64,000 nucleotides of DNA from Podarcis muralis (Eukaryota): contig NC_135669.1 in NCBI RefSeq assembly GCF_964188315.1, positions 18,414,001 through 18,478,000 on the forward strand, written 5' to 3'. The position numbers were made by a program, and so were the translations under genes. The notes below the pieces were generated by a model. The model saw only the letters and a program-made list of their open reading frames with translations. It did no database searches and had not been told where the DNA came from. Shown here one piece after another: positions 29,886-50,000 of the stretch. How positions within the stretch are numbered: the first letter of the stretch is position 1; each line of letters opens with the position of its first letter.

Positions 29886-32500
29886 TACTTGGCTGGTGAA
29901 GAACTGAAGAAGGAAGCCAGTGGTTGGGTTAGGATAAGATTGTTGCCCTGACTAAAGGTCTCGCCAGAAGACGCAGGCCTTGAAAAATCAGCTAAACTGT
30001 CAAAGTTAGCCAGAAACACAAATGGGTCAGTTCTGGGGGCAGAGTATGATTGTCCCTAGTAGCAAAACCAGGTTGCGGGTGAATTTGGCTGGTGTGGAGA
30101 TTTAGTGAAATTGGCCTGAGGCAAAAGCCACCAAAAGGTTGGCATTACTGCTCAAGTGTCTCTTGAGTCTTTGGAAACTACCAACAAGCACATGAAAGAA
30201 CCCATTGTCAATATCAATATTCCCTTATGTACATAAGGAAATTTAATGTGGACAGCTTTATTCCATAGTTCATGCTGTCTCCATGCCCAAGCCTATTCAA
30301 CCAAGTTACAAGGCAACTTTATTCACTCTTCTAATTCGTTTTGATGCTTTCTGCATATCAACTTTGAACATAATAATTTATTATTTGTACCCCGCCCATC
30401 TGGCTGGGTTTCCCCAGCCACTCTGGGCGGCTTCCAATACAGATTAAAAATACATTAAAATATCATACATTAAAAACTTCCCCAAATGCCTTCCTAGCTC
30501 AGAAGGTGTTACCTACAAATGGGTGGAACCCTGGGATCACTTACTTTAGTCGATAATGGGGCTATCCCATGTCACAGCTAAATTCCTAGAATCCTGGCAC
30601 TGGAAGATCTAGTACCAGGATCAGGCTGACATAACCTATCTGCTAAAACAGCACATTCTTTTTGTGCTACTCAACCCACCTATTCTATAAGCTACAACAG
30701 AATGCTTTAAAACAACAACTCCAAACTTCAGCAGGTGGAGAAGACCTTGTGGGTACCAAGGAAGACGTATATGGGTGACACACTGGCAATCCCTGCCTTA
30801 GTTTGAGGTACCTCTTAGAGACATGTGTAAAAAAAGGGAGGTGATGATTTCTCCTGGAGGAGGTTTAGCAAAGGTTATTCCACACCCCTTCTGTTCCACG
30901 GAGATCTTTTTCCAGCACATTCTGCACACACTCATCCAGTTTTGCAGAGAGTCCGTAATACATATTATCAAACAGCTGGTTGGATAATAGAGAGCTTCAA
31001 GGTCCAGGCCATTGATTTTATTTTTATTTATTTAATAAAATTTGTAAGTCGCTTCCTTGACAGAAGGCAACTGAGTGACAATCTAAAACTTTCTTTATAT
31101 ATGCAGATAAAAACAAACATGAAAAACAAGTTAGCACAATTTTTAAAAATATAAATAAAACAGTTGTTACACATATATGAAAATTACATGCCTTGGTAGG
31201 CTTGCGGAAACAAAAACAATTGCTGAAACCAATACAGAAAAGAACCCGACGAAGATCAATGGGAAGGGAGTTCCAAAGAGTAGTGCACATATTAGTAAAA
31301 ATAACATACAAAACGCATTATATTCGGGAAAGTTGCTTGCAAGAATGTGTATATTGGTCAAAACTGCATACAGAAACATGTTTAATAGGAGAAATCTGCA
31401 CTAATATGCTGGTGGTGATTCGTGAGGATACCTTAAAAAAAATAAAAATCTAATTGTAGAGGAAATGTAGGTAACTGAATTTAAGAAACTTGGAAACTTG
31501 GAAAGCCAAAGCTGACAGATTTCTCTATCCTGAAATCCAAGCCATATTTCTGACAAGGTAGCTTCTGGACACACAGACAAGGGCCAGGCACCGGGTTTAA
31601 CTGAATGGCCCTCCAGAGGTATGATGAAGCATTCCTTTTGCAAACGAAAAGCATTCCGCACAAGCACAAAGGCACATTTTGGTAAACAGAATGGTGGCAA
31701 GCCCCGCTGCACAACTAGAAATCAATACAGAGTTCTATTTTAGTGTTTGTTCTCAGTGCCTTTAGCTCCCTCTTCTGGTTTCCACTCAGCCAAGTGCAGT
31801 ACTTTTGCCTATGAATAAAGAGCTGAACTGCTGCTCATCTAGTGCAGCCCGAGCAACAGTTGTTGTAACCTGGCTCAGCGGAAGCCACACTGGGATTGGA
31901 AGATTAGGCTATTAGCAAATGCATACCAGGATGTTACACACAAGCTCAAGAGACTTCACGTGATAGATCATGTTTCTCACTGAGATTTAGCCAAGAGGCT
32001 TCCTGCTGGTTACTTGCACAGAAGCAGCTGCCCCCAATCTGATTATTCGCTATTTGAGAGTGATTCCACAGCTAATAATTTAAGGTTTCTAGGAACAGCA
32101 TCTTTTAGCCGGGGTGAAGAGGAATGTTTTAAAGTTTTTCCTGAATGTTAGTGAGGGAGGCAGACACATCTCACCAGGGAGGGCATTCCACAAATGGCAA
32201 ACTGCCAACAAGAACACCCCTGGCACGGATCAGTGCCAACTAGGCAGCATTCGGTGGTGGACTTCCTGCCAATCGTAGGGCCCAAGATGGTTGATATTGA
32301 GGGAGGCGCTTTTCAGTACTTGGATCCCAAGCTGTTTGCAGGTTTGCATGCTAGTACTTAAATTGGACCAGCAACCACTGCAGTGCCTTCAAGATTGGAG
32401 ACACATGGTCCCATCGGGCTGCTCCAGTCACCAGCCTAGCAGCCACAAATGGAACAGGCAAGACGGTTCTCTCCGTTGATCATAAGGGGCAAGGTCATTC

Positions 32501-39570
<7,070 letters not shown>

Positions 39571-40203
39571 TCTGATCAGCTGTGTGAGAGGAGAGAGTTA
39601 CTCTTGATTTCAACTCTTATCAGTGTAGCATATCTGAATGTTGCTTTAAGACTGAAGGGGAACTCAAGCAGTGAATAGAAATTCATGGTAAAAACCAATT
39701 TCATTTTTACATGCTTGAGTTCCCCCTGGTGAGGACACATTACTACCCTCTGCAGAACCTTTCTCCCAAAGAGGCATCAGAAGAAGAGTAAACAGAAATA
39801 GTGCTTTGTAAATGTGTGAGGAGAAAGATGTCCAGGTAACAGCTTTATAGCTGTCTATGAGAGGAAACCTGTTTTTAAAAGTTGCTGAGGTTGTTGCCCC
39901 CTTTAATGAACATGGGATCGCCCCATACCCTCCAACATATCATGTAGCAGTAAATTAATCAAGCAGAGTCTACTTCATGAACAGAGTAAAGGTTTACTGA
40001 AGAAAATAAACTTGTTCATAAACAGCGAAGTCAAAGAGCATACACAGAGTGCTCATAGCAGCTATCTTAGTCTTCACAGAGGCACAGATCTTGGTTACTG
40101 ATTAACTGGAGTCCTGGAGCCACTCTGCCTGCAACAACACAACATACTGGCTGACACACACACAGACGACACTGAGGCCCACAGAGATGGCTGGTTACAT
40201 TTA

Positions 40204-40433
40204 CAGTCATACCTCGGGTTACAGACGCTTCAGGTTGCATTTTTTCGGGTTACGGACCCACCGAAACCAGGAAGTACCGGAACGGGTTACTTCCGGGTTT
40301 CGGCAGTCGCGTATGCACAGAAGCACTAAATCGCGCATTGCGCATGCGCAGAAGCGCCACTGCGGGTTGTGAACACTGCGGGTTGCGAACGTGCATCTCA
40401 CACAGATCACGTTTGCAACCCCAGCGTCCACTG
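40204..40433. mobile_element. Related Tigger-like MITE
   Basis: TA flanks, CAGTCATACCTCGGGTT start, degenerate TIR at the end. Confidence 0.7.
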
Positions 40434-40852
40434 TATAGGGAGCCCAAGATGAGGCATGAGTCACAGTGACACAGCATTTTACTGCTAACAGTTAGCTTTG
40501 AAAGATTTGTGTAGGCCTCGTAGGCCACACTGCCTAGGCCTTGCCTGCTTCTGCTCTCAAGAACCTTTGTCTCATGACACAACACTCCTCAGATGAAAAC
40601 AGGAACATTTCTCACTCGCCCCATCTGACCCTCCTACCCCCCCCCCCAATTTTTTGTACCCCCATTTCCTATCAGAAGAAGGTGAGTGCCACCACCACTT
40701 GACCGATGGGATACCGCACACCCTCACCAGTCCTGAGAAAACCTCTTAATCCAAATTATATTTTATTTTATTCTTTGGCAGATGTACAAAAAGAAAAGCA
40801 CACACCAATGAATATATTTTAGAAAGGGGCAAGATTGGATGAGGAAGCACAA

Positions 40853-40903
<51 letters not shown>

Positions 40904-41115
40904 GATTCCTTGTGCTCTGCTCGCCCTTTCTCCAACCCCGGGGGCGGTTCTGCCCTCTGCCTGCCCTTCAGAGCTGGTGCGTCACATGGAGTTGGGACTC
41001 AGAGGTTGCAGCCTCTCCTTTTGCTTGCCCTCTCTGCAAGGGAGGAGAGTCAGCAGGATGCTCTCTCACAGCCACAATCCTTCCTGAGCATTATCATCAT
41101 CATAATTTATTGTAG

Positions 41116-41600
41116 TGTAGCAATGTGCTTAGGGAAGCCATTTTGAGAGTTAAAATGTTAAGCAAGGAAGCCATTTTGTTGATCTAGGCCACACCCCCAT
41201 ATCCAGTAAATACACTCAGATACCCACTACTCAGAGACACACAGAGATAGGCTGATAAGGATTACCAAATAAGGACATGGAAGGGTAATGTCCAACTCCT
41301 CATGCCTTAGCTCTAGGCAGAACCTAAGGTTCTATCTAGAACACAATCTCCCAGCAAAGCAGTTCTTGTCTCTAGGCCGAATCTAGTGTATCTATCTGAG
41401 TATGTGCAATGCTGTAACTTTTGATTGAATAAAGACCTGATTCAAGAATGTATAAAGGGAAGCCTCCCCTGTTGGGAGGGGCCGAACTTTGGAACTTATT
41501 CCTCCGTGCCATTGCTTGCTGCCGGCAAGCAATTAAAACTTTATTGCTTTATTTCTCTGATTGCTACGTGGTCATTTGACTGGCCTAACCAGTTGCTACA
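41116..41600 (+). mobile_element. Probable solo LTR
   Basis: TGTAGCAA...TTGCTACA terminal inverted repeat, TATAAA and ATTAAA inside. No TSD found. Confidence 0.5.
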
Positions 41601-41892
41601 AAAGCACAACTGGGACAGCTTTCACAAGAATAAAAGGTACATGTAAAACGGTGTACAACAACAGCTTAAAAATTAAAATCTAAGATAAGCGCATATACAC
41701 ATAAAGACCTAAAAAATTTGGGCTACCATACAAATTGGCCCTGACACCCTGGAGGCTGACTTCGCCTGTTTTCCTAGCGAACTAATTTGTTTCAGGGGGT
41801 GGTCTGCGCCTGCAAATCTGCACACAGAAACTGGTGACCATCCAGGTCGTCTTGTGGTCTTTGCCTATGAGGAGAAAATTGAGTTTAGGCAA

Positions 41893-42183
41893 GCGCTCAT
41901 CTCGCTTTATTGGCTGAGGGAGCCGGCGTACAGCTTCCGGGTCATGTGGCCAGCATGACTAAGCCGTTTCTGGTGAACCAGAGCAGCGTACGGAAACACC
42001 GTTTACCTTCCTGCCAGAGCGGTACCTATTTATCGACTTGCACTTTGAAATGCTTTCGAACTGCTAGGTTGGCAGGAGCAGGGACCAAGCGACGGGAGCT
42101 CACCCCATCGTGGGGATTCGAACCACCGACCTTCTGATCGGCAAGTCCTAGGCTCTGTGGTTTAACCCACAGCGCCACCCGTG
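41893..42183 (-). mobile_element. Sauria SINE, 3'-truncated
   Basis: Reverse-complement match to 7414-7763 without the tail. Confidence 0.87.
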
Positions 42184-42371
42184 TAGCTAATAATATTGAA
42201 ATATTATTAATAATAAATAGCAGTAATGATTCCTCTGATTTAAGGTTGGGGCAGGGTGAAGATGTGAGCTTTGGAGCATCTTGCTTCTGGCAGCTTGTGT
42301 AAAGAGTTGCTGTTCAGTTCCTTGCAGGGAAGAGACACTGTTGTCAGATTATGGCAAGAAAAGCAATACAG

Positions 42372-42690
42372 GGTCTTGTGGCACTCTAAAGGCTAAACAG
42401 ATGTATTTCACCACAAGCTTTCATGAACTTCTACTTCATCGGATGCCTGGTATGCTATCCTCTACAGGCAGGGCGTAGAGAGAGAAACAAAATTATTAGG
42501 CAGCAAAGAACAATGGGCTTTAGTAAAGAAATAAAGCTAATCTACTGAGTCATCATTTTATGCCTTCTAATTGATGAGTTTCCTTGCACTTGGTTGCCCT
42601 CTGACTTCACTGCTTTCATTTATTTCTCTCTCTATGCCCTGCCTGCAGCGGATAGCATACCAGGCATCCGATGAAGTAGAAGTTCATGAA
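42372..42690. mobile_element. Penelope-like remnant with a 68-bp inverted repeat
   Basis: Arms 42420-42487 and 42623-42690 (3 mismatches). Degenerate hammerhead core CCGATGA...GAAAGCTT on -. Confidence 0.7.
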
Positions 42691-44459
42691 CAGATGGTTC
42701 CCCGCTTTTCAATAACTGCAGTACATATGATCTCCATATTTTTCTAGGGAAAATAATGCTAAGAGTTGACTCTAAAATAACAGGAATGGAGTTAGCACAC
42801 TCACTGCTTTATTTTAACCTGAACATTCGCAGAAATGGAGTGAAATGTACATATTTAAATTGAAGTCTCACCAGGGCTCTTTTTATGCAAACCGTATGCT
42901 TTTAAATAACACTATGTGCTTGCATAAAACTAGAATGTCATGGATTTTAGAAGGTAGCGGTTGAATTATATTCTCTTCAGCGGCTGCATATGCAAAACAA
43001 CTGAAAACATTTTATTTTTTTTGCCAGTGTAGCTGAGCTAAATATCTATTAGGCATAATTCTTTGGATCAATGTCCTAGTTTTTAGCTTGATGTGAGCAC
43101 TGCCTCTTACTTTCTGTCTAATGTTTTGTGCTGCTCTCCCTTTTCCTCTACAAAAATGACCCAGGTCTACCCTTGGGCATGGTGGGCAGGACACAAAGGT
43201 GTTCTGCTCTCTGTACAGGGGCTTTTCGACCCCTGCTTCCTGTGCTGGCCACCATATGTGTCCAGGGCCAGATTTAGGTTTGATGAGGCCCTAAGCTACT
43301 GAAGGTAACGGGGCCCTTTATATGCCCAGCTTTCCTTTGTCAACAACAAATTGTCACTGTATCTTGTGTTGAATATATGCTATATGGTATCTGAAGCTAA
43401 TGCTAATAGGTATCTAAAGCCATTTGCACATAACAAAATATGTATTTTATCAAAGTACTGTAATTGCTGAACTGAAATACAATTAGGAAGAAGTATATTA
43501 ATAATGAAATACAATTAAGAAGTATATTAACAGTGAAATAATTATTAAGCCCCCCCATCCAAACAATAACTATTGTCAGTGCAGGTAAGCAAAAAAAATT
43601 AATTTTTATTTTTATCATCTACAATACTGTTTTATTTATTTTATAGTGCTGTACATTGATTATTGCTTTCATTTTATGGATCAATGGTCTCATTAGATCA
43701 TACAGTTCATGTTAAATTGCTGTTTTAGGGGTTGTTTTTAAAAGTCTGGAACGGATTAATCCATTTTGCATTACTTTCTATGGGAAAGCGTGCCTTGGCT
43801 TTGGAATGCTTTGGTTTTGGAACAGACTTCCAGAATGGATTAAGTTTGAGAACCAAGATACCACTGTACTACCTCCTTGCAAGGAGGGGAAGGAACTCTG
43901 TTGCAACAGAAAAATAAAAGAAATGCCTTGCTTTCCCCTGGATCCTGCCTCCATCCATTCTTCTCTGACCAATCATGGGCTTAAGGGACTCAGAGTCCCA
44001 TGGGGAGTTGGCCCCAAGCCCACCTCAAAATAATGTCCCAGAGACATAGTAATTAAATCTCATCATTTTCAAACGAAACATAGCATTATGAGAATGACTC
44101 AAAATGCACCTAATTGAACCTGGGGAGGAGTAGAAATCTGGATCTTTCAGGATCTCAGCAGTGAAATGCTGTGAACAAGGCAGGAACTTTGAAAAATTAG
44201 AGAACCTAGAGCAACAAACCTAGAGGGGAGTTGCCCTTTAAATTAATAGCATTGCAGCATGGCACTCCCTTAACTGCTATTAATAACAGAGATCAAAGAA
44301 GTTGTTTGCTGCCATAACATTGAACAATAAGACAGTTGGGAGAAGAGGAAGATAATCTTCAAAGGGTCCATGGCAGTGAAAGACAAGGAAGAACAAGGAA
44401 AAACATATATGGCAATGCTTGAATACATTCCTTTTTTGCCTTTTTCAATTACTGGAAAC

Positions 44460-47050
44460 TGCTCTTATATTTTACCTTCTCTATTAATATGTCTGAAAAT
44501 CAAAGTTGAACTCACTTAACTGTTCAGTGCCTTCAAGAGGAAAACAAAGAGGGCAGCTATGACAAGCACATTTAAGGAAATTTTTAAGGGAGCCAGCAAA
44601 CATCTTAATGCTGGGCGGTGTCATACAGGAAAGAATATGAAGTCTAATGTTGTAAAATGACGAAGACACTGACATCCCAAGCCTTCACCTTCTCAAACTT
44701 CAGAGGGTGCTTTATTAAGAATCCTGCTCATCCTCTCATGATATTAGGGTTGCTTATGCAATCTAAACTTGTTCAAGCTCATTCATTTCCCCCTGTAATG
44801 GGAACATGATGCGGTGCAGCAAGTTGCGTAGGTAAGAAGAAAGGGAAAAAGATGTTGTGATGTATCCTGGGCTCCTTCAGAGTGTCTTTACCCCTCTCTT
44901 TACCCCAGCCCCCTGCTGGGTGGGCAAGGGGGTGTCACAAAGAAAGTCAGCTTAAAGATGATCATTGGAATTAAGGCCGCAATAGAATAGAGGAATTGCA
45001 TTTCCAAGCCCTACTGAAAGTGTGCTGGTCTCTATTCATACATGACCCACAAGGGATGGAGAAGGGTTTTGGACTCGGATCCTGCCCTGAGCCCAGTTAA
45101 CCTTTTACTCATCAACCTCCTCCTCCAGCCTCCTCCATGCCCTCCACTCTGTCTCTCACCTCCTCCCTTCTTGCTTGCGTGCTGTCCTCCCTGATGTCAG
45201 CTGCAACAGGTGAGATCAGCAGGATAGGCAGGCTAGTACAGTATTTGATTCTCTTCCCCTTGCTATGTCGAGAGGAAATTGCCCTGGGTAGGTTGGGCCA
45301 TGGGAGAAGGGGAGGGCCAGAGGAGAGAAATTGAGATCTTCTGAGAGTGTGCCACTAAGCTCACTAAGAAAAGCAAGCTAGCAATCTCAAGGTTTCCCCA
45401 AACATGTAATTAAGGCAGAACAAAGGAGAGTGCTGAAATAGACAGGCAGGCTTAAACCTCTCACTTGGGAGAGCGAGAGCAAGAGAGATTTCACTTTACA
45501 GATAGGCTTATCCCCCAGCTCTGGCAAAAGGCATCTAAACATATTTGAACCAAGGATAGACATTTTTTCCAGCACAAAAGTTAGCCATCTTTAAGAGTGT
45601 GATGCTGGGCCTGCCTCTGGGCACAATGAACACACCTGCCTCTGGTTTTAGATGTGAGCGTGACTTGCATACAGTGTTTTTAAGGCCACAGAAATCTCCC
45701 TTGTACAGGGTCAGGCTATTGGTCCATCACTGTCGCTTCAGGCGAGGAGGTTTCTTTCCCAGCCCTACCTGTCTGTAAATGCATGTGGCAAGAGGTAGGA
45801 GAGTTAGGGCCTCAGACATGGAGAGTAACTCACTGATACAGATGGTAGGCATGGATAGAGGGGTGCTGGTAATCAAAGAAAAGGCTTAATAAACAATGGA
45901 TCTATCTGGGGTGTATGGCAGGAGGGCACCAGTAGGGTGAGTCAAAGTCAATGACAGGAGCCTTCTGTTTCAACTTTTAAACGTATGAAAACATTTCTAT
46001 TCTGTCAGGCTTATGCGGGCAATACCATTTCCCAACATTGTTAGCTGATTCCTGTGTTATTTTAGATACATAGATGCTAGCTAGCTAGCTAGAATGGTTT
46101 TATAGGTAATTGTTGTAAACCACTCTGATATATATACATAGCCCTTGCCGCAGCCACCAAGTATGTTCCATATCCTTAATTGCTACTTTTTCCGATCCAA
46201 AATTTTCTGCTTCATCTGTTATTTGTTTTGGTGCTTTATTACACCCTTAAGTGTCTAAACACAACTGATAAAAATGTTCCACGTGTTTAGCTGACTGTCT
46301 TGCCCCATTCAAAACCCTTTCCTTTGCATAATTAAAGCTTTCACTCTGGGTTTATCTTACTGCCTTAACATATGTAAGACAAAAACATATCAATCTGACT
46401 TCCGACCACGTGATCTGGTGGGTGAACCAGGTTTGTGCCATAGGCAACTGTCATGTCCCAGGCATCAATGAAGCCCACCTTCAGATCTCGAAAAATGTCC
46501 TTTAGCGCAAGGTATTGGGCATAACCATGGAAGTCCCCAAATCGCTCCTGGTCTATTGACATCTCCCGGGTGTTCTCTGCTTTGATGATGACTTTTGTGT
46601 CTGGGCTCCTCAGGAGAAGACGCTGGATGGCTGCCCGTATGTTAATCATCCTTCGAATGAAGAGCTCGATGGGGAAGGGGCGGAAGTGTTGGCCCAGAGA
46701 GATGACAACTGCTGTGTCTCTGTCACCTGCCACAAGGTCGATGTCCCAAGCGACATAGCTGTGGTCTTTCACTGTGTACTCAGAAGAGCCTACAAAGGGG
46801 TGAGCATGTTTTTTCCAATTGATTTGAATGTTTCTAACAATGTCCACTGCGACCAGTCGGTCGGGTTTCCCGATTGCATAGCGCTTGAGATATTTCAGTG
46901 CTAATGTGGGAATAGAGAAAAAAAATCAGTACAAGTTTTTTGGTCACTGCCCTTAGAAAAATTAGGGGACTACTTCTTGTGGGGAAAACTCTGCATGGCT
47001 GGTGTACTCTCTTGGATCTGATGGTGCTATTTTGTTTCAGGACAACTAAA
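44460..47050 (+). repeat. Segmental duplication unit A (paralog of about 52820-59720)
   Basis: Colinear similarity: 44460-44785 to 52820-53503, 44850-46160 to 54990-56365, 46160-47050 to 58838-59720. Confidence 0.88.
45137..45794 (+). pseudogene. Degenerate Ly6/uPAR (LU, three-finger)-like secreted-protein gene, copy A
   Basis: Exon 1 at 45137-45209 (MPSTLSLTSSLLACVLSSLMSAAT, donor CAG|GTGAG, phase 1). Exon 2 at 45652-45794 after TTTTAG reads DVSVTCIQCF*GHRNLPCTGSGYWSITV... with an in-frame TAA. The family call comes from the Cys pattern only. Confidence 0.55.
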
Positions 47051-50000
47051 GAGACATTTATATCAGCCTGATTTCCCCACTATTTCATAAGTACCCAGGT
47101 CTCACAGAGCAATTCTATACCTCCCTGCTGTTCTTAGATACCAATCCTGCTCCATCATATAATGTTGCTAGATTCTGCACAGCAGTGCTCAAAATTTGTT
47201 GGAGGATGACCTGTGCCACAAAGCAGATTTAATGAACATATCAGAGTGCTCTGTAAATTGGTAAAGTCTTTTATATATCAATCTGTTATGCTTTTCCACA
47301 CCCGCCCAATGCTCCTATCCCTTCTTTTATATTCTTTTAGCTCCTTTTAAATTCTCATAGACTTTTATTTTCACCTTCTGTTTTAATACCCTTTAGTTTT
47401 CCAAAATGCTTTTCAGATTTTAAATGACTGTATCCCATCCTTTTATGCTGGTCTATGACTGTAATAAATATTTGTACTGTATTGTATTGTTTCAGGGCAA
47501 AGACTTTATCTCTGTCCTATTTGACAGGCTGGGCCCACACTGCAAAGAACTCCCACAGAGCAGAGGACAAACATCTTCTAGATGTCCTTTCTCCAAACAA
47601 GAACTGAGCAGAAAGAGCAAATTGTCTCTCACATACAGTTCTACCTTTGTTTGCAACTCTTTTGGATTAGAACCAAGTCAAACCAGGAAGTGCGTGTCCC
47701 TTTTTTTCAGATTACAACCAATTTTTTTATTGTTTATTTTTTGAGGCCCCATTGGCGAAAGCGCGCCTTGGGTTGCAACCTGTTTTGGTTTACAACCGGG
47801 CCTCTGGAACTGATTATGGTTGTAAACCAAGGTACCACTGTATATGTGGATTTATGGGGGGGGGGGGGAGAGAGATCTTTACAGACACCTTTTGTAGGCA
47901 CTGTAGGGGGTGCTGGTTGTTACACTGCCACCCCAAGGTGCCATGCTGGTGGTTGTGGGTCGTGCATGCCAGCAGCAGAGCATGCTGTCCTGGTGCCCGT
48001 TGCGTGGAGAGGGATGTGGGCTTGGAGGGTGAACGGAGCCTGCCGTGTGCCAGCCCAGCCCTCACTGCTGAAGTGACACTTGAGCTGCTTTGGGCCTGGC
48101 TTGGAGAGGGCGGCATGAGCATCGCCCCCCCCCCCCACGCACCCAGGCCAATTGCCCCGGCAGCCCCCCACTGCTGCTATGCATAGGCAAAGACTAGAAA
48201 AGGATCAATCAGGGATCAGAGTGGCCCATGTATTGTCATAACTAGGTAAGGATCAAGAGCCAAGGCAGCAGTGAATGACTGGAAATAAGCCCTATAGTTG
48301 AGTAGGCTGAGGAGGAAACTCTGAGCCTTAGCTGGGTGGTGTTCTCCAAGCACAGAACAGATGTTGCGTGTGTCGGGCAGGGGGTGGGGAGTGTACAGGT
48401 GACAAAGGAGGTAAAGTTCTGGGGTGTGACTGCTGGGGACCTGTTTGGGACACTCTTTCCTTTCCATCTTATACCTTGCCACTCAGTCTTTTATATAATA
48501 AATGTCGTAGCCAAGAAAAACAACAACAATATGGTTCTTACAGCCCTAGACTTAAATTAGGAGATGGCTCTTTTGCGGGTAGAAAGGACTGTGAGTTATC
48601 AGAAGCAGGCACTGTGTGTTACTGGAAGCTTTGCTACGTTGAGATTATATCTAGGTGGGAGAACGTACTATTGACTCTCTTTGTGAGATACTCCATCCAT
48701 TGCCGCACAGTTGAGTCTCCCAGGAGGTAAATGATCTTTTGTTTCAAGCAAGCGTTAATCCTATCCAAGGTATGGAAAGCTGACATGCTGCAGAACACAG
48801 GATGCCACTGGTTCTGCCAGACGAAGCCCCTGGGAGATGGGGACCTCATGCCAACCTTGCACTTCTCGCTCGCAGTGGTCATCGCCATGCCTATCAAAAG
48901 GAAATGAGAGACAAGCAGGTGCCAGTGACCTCTGTGACAACAGCACTGTAAGGGGAAAAAAACAGGGTTGAAAGTGTGACTGGTCCCACAGCCTCCTGGG
49001 CAATCATTGGGGATCCCAAAGCTATAGGAAGAAGGACAGTAGCCAGCAGGGAAAACCCTTTATTGCAGCCCCTCAATTCTGCACCTGGCAAACTGTGTGC
49101 AAGCCCTGAAGATGGCGTCATTTTCAAGGATGGGGAAGAACCAGAATAGCAATGGAGTTATTTGTCGTAATTATTTGGCCTCCTGCTTCTACGCCAAGAG
49201 GTTTCGGAGGGTCTGAGGACAAGAGCAGCAATAAAGGATAAAATTAAAAACTGTGGAAGGCAGGAGAGCAGCCCAAAAGTCTTAGCTTAAAATAGAGGAG
49301 AAGACGCCAAGATCCAAAAGCTCTGGCTGAATGAAAAGAGTCTTTCTTGGGAATCTCCTAAAGCACACAAGAGGTTGGGGTGCAGGAGGAGGTTGGGGGC
49401 CAGAGTCACTAGGTTGGGTTGAGCCCAGAAAAAATATGCTTGGGGATGGTGAACCTAGGCTTTCTTGCACCCTTGGCAAAGAGCTGTATCTGCACCGCCT
49501 GTCCCTTGTGGCCCGCCTGTCCAGAGCAGTGGAGGAGAAGCCCAGGGAGTGTGTGGACAGGCGGGCTAGGCTACTAGCCACTTCAAAATGGACAGGCATG
49601 GTTTTTGTGTCATCCCACCCCCACCCCCCCTTGGCAGGGGCCAGCCTCACCAACCCCTAGGCATGCCCCTGGATGGACCACACAAAAGTTGTGACAATAA
49701 TCAGAATGTCCAGCTCACTTTCACAGGCAACGACACGAATGTCCCCAAATGTCTGAGGGATCTCATCTCCAGTGTTGGACCTTTATGAGAGAAAAAATGG
49801 CCATTAAAAATCATGTTGGAATATAAGTCCATTACCAAGAGTGCTGTGGGCTTTATCCCACCCCTTTTTCACACCTCAGTGGCCTCTTTCTGAAATGGAA
49901 GCCTTGGCTAGATGGTTCTTGTTGTGTTCCAGCAAGATGATTTTTGTATTGTGGTGTTCTCATTAGGTGCAAATGGAAAGTTATATTGGAGTTTCTTTAA

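Noticed and set aside
31455-31858. TG...CA segment with AATAAA as a solo LTR
   Set aside because: No TSD and no second copy; too weak to list.
47582-48186. Overlapping 144-164 aa ORFs
   Set aside because: They span Tigger-like and GC-rich hAT-like remnants within NXPE copy 3 intron 5 and show no protein-family signal.
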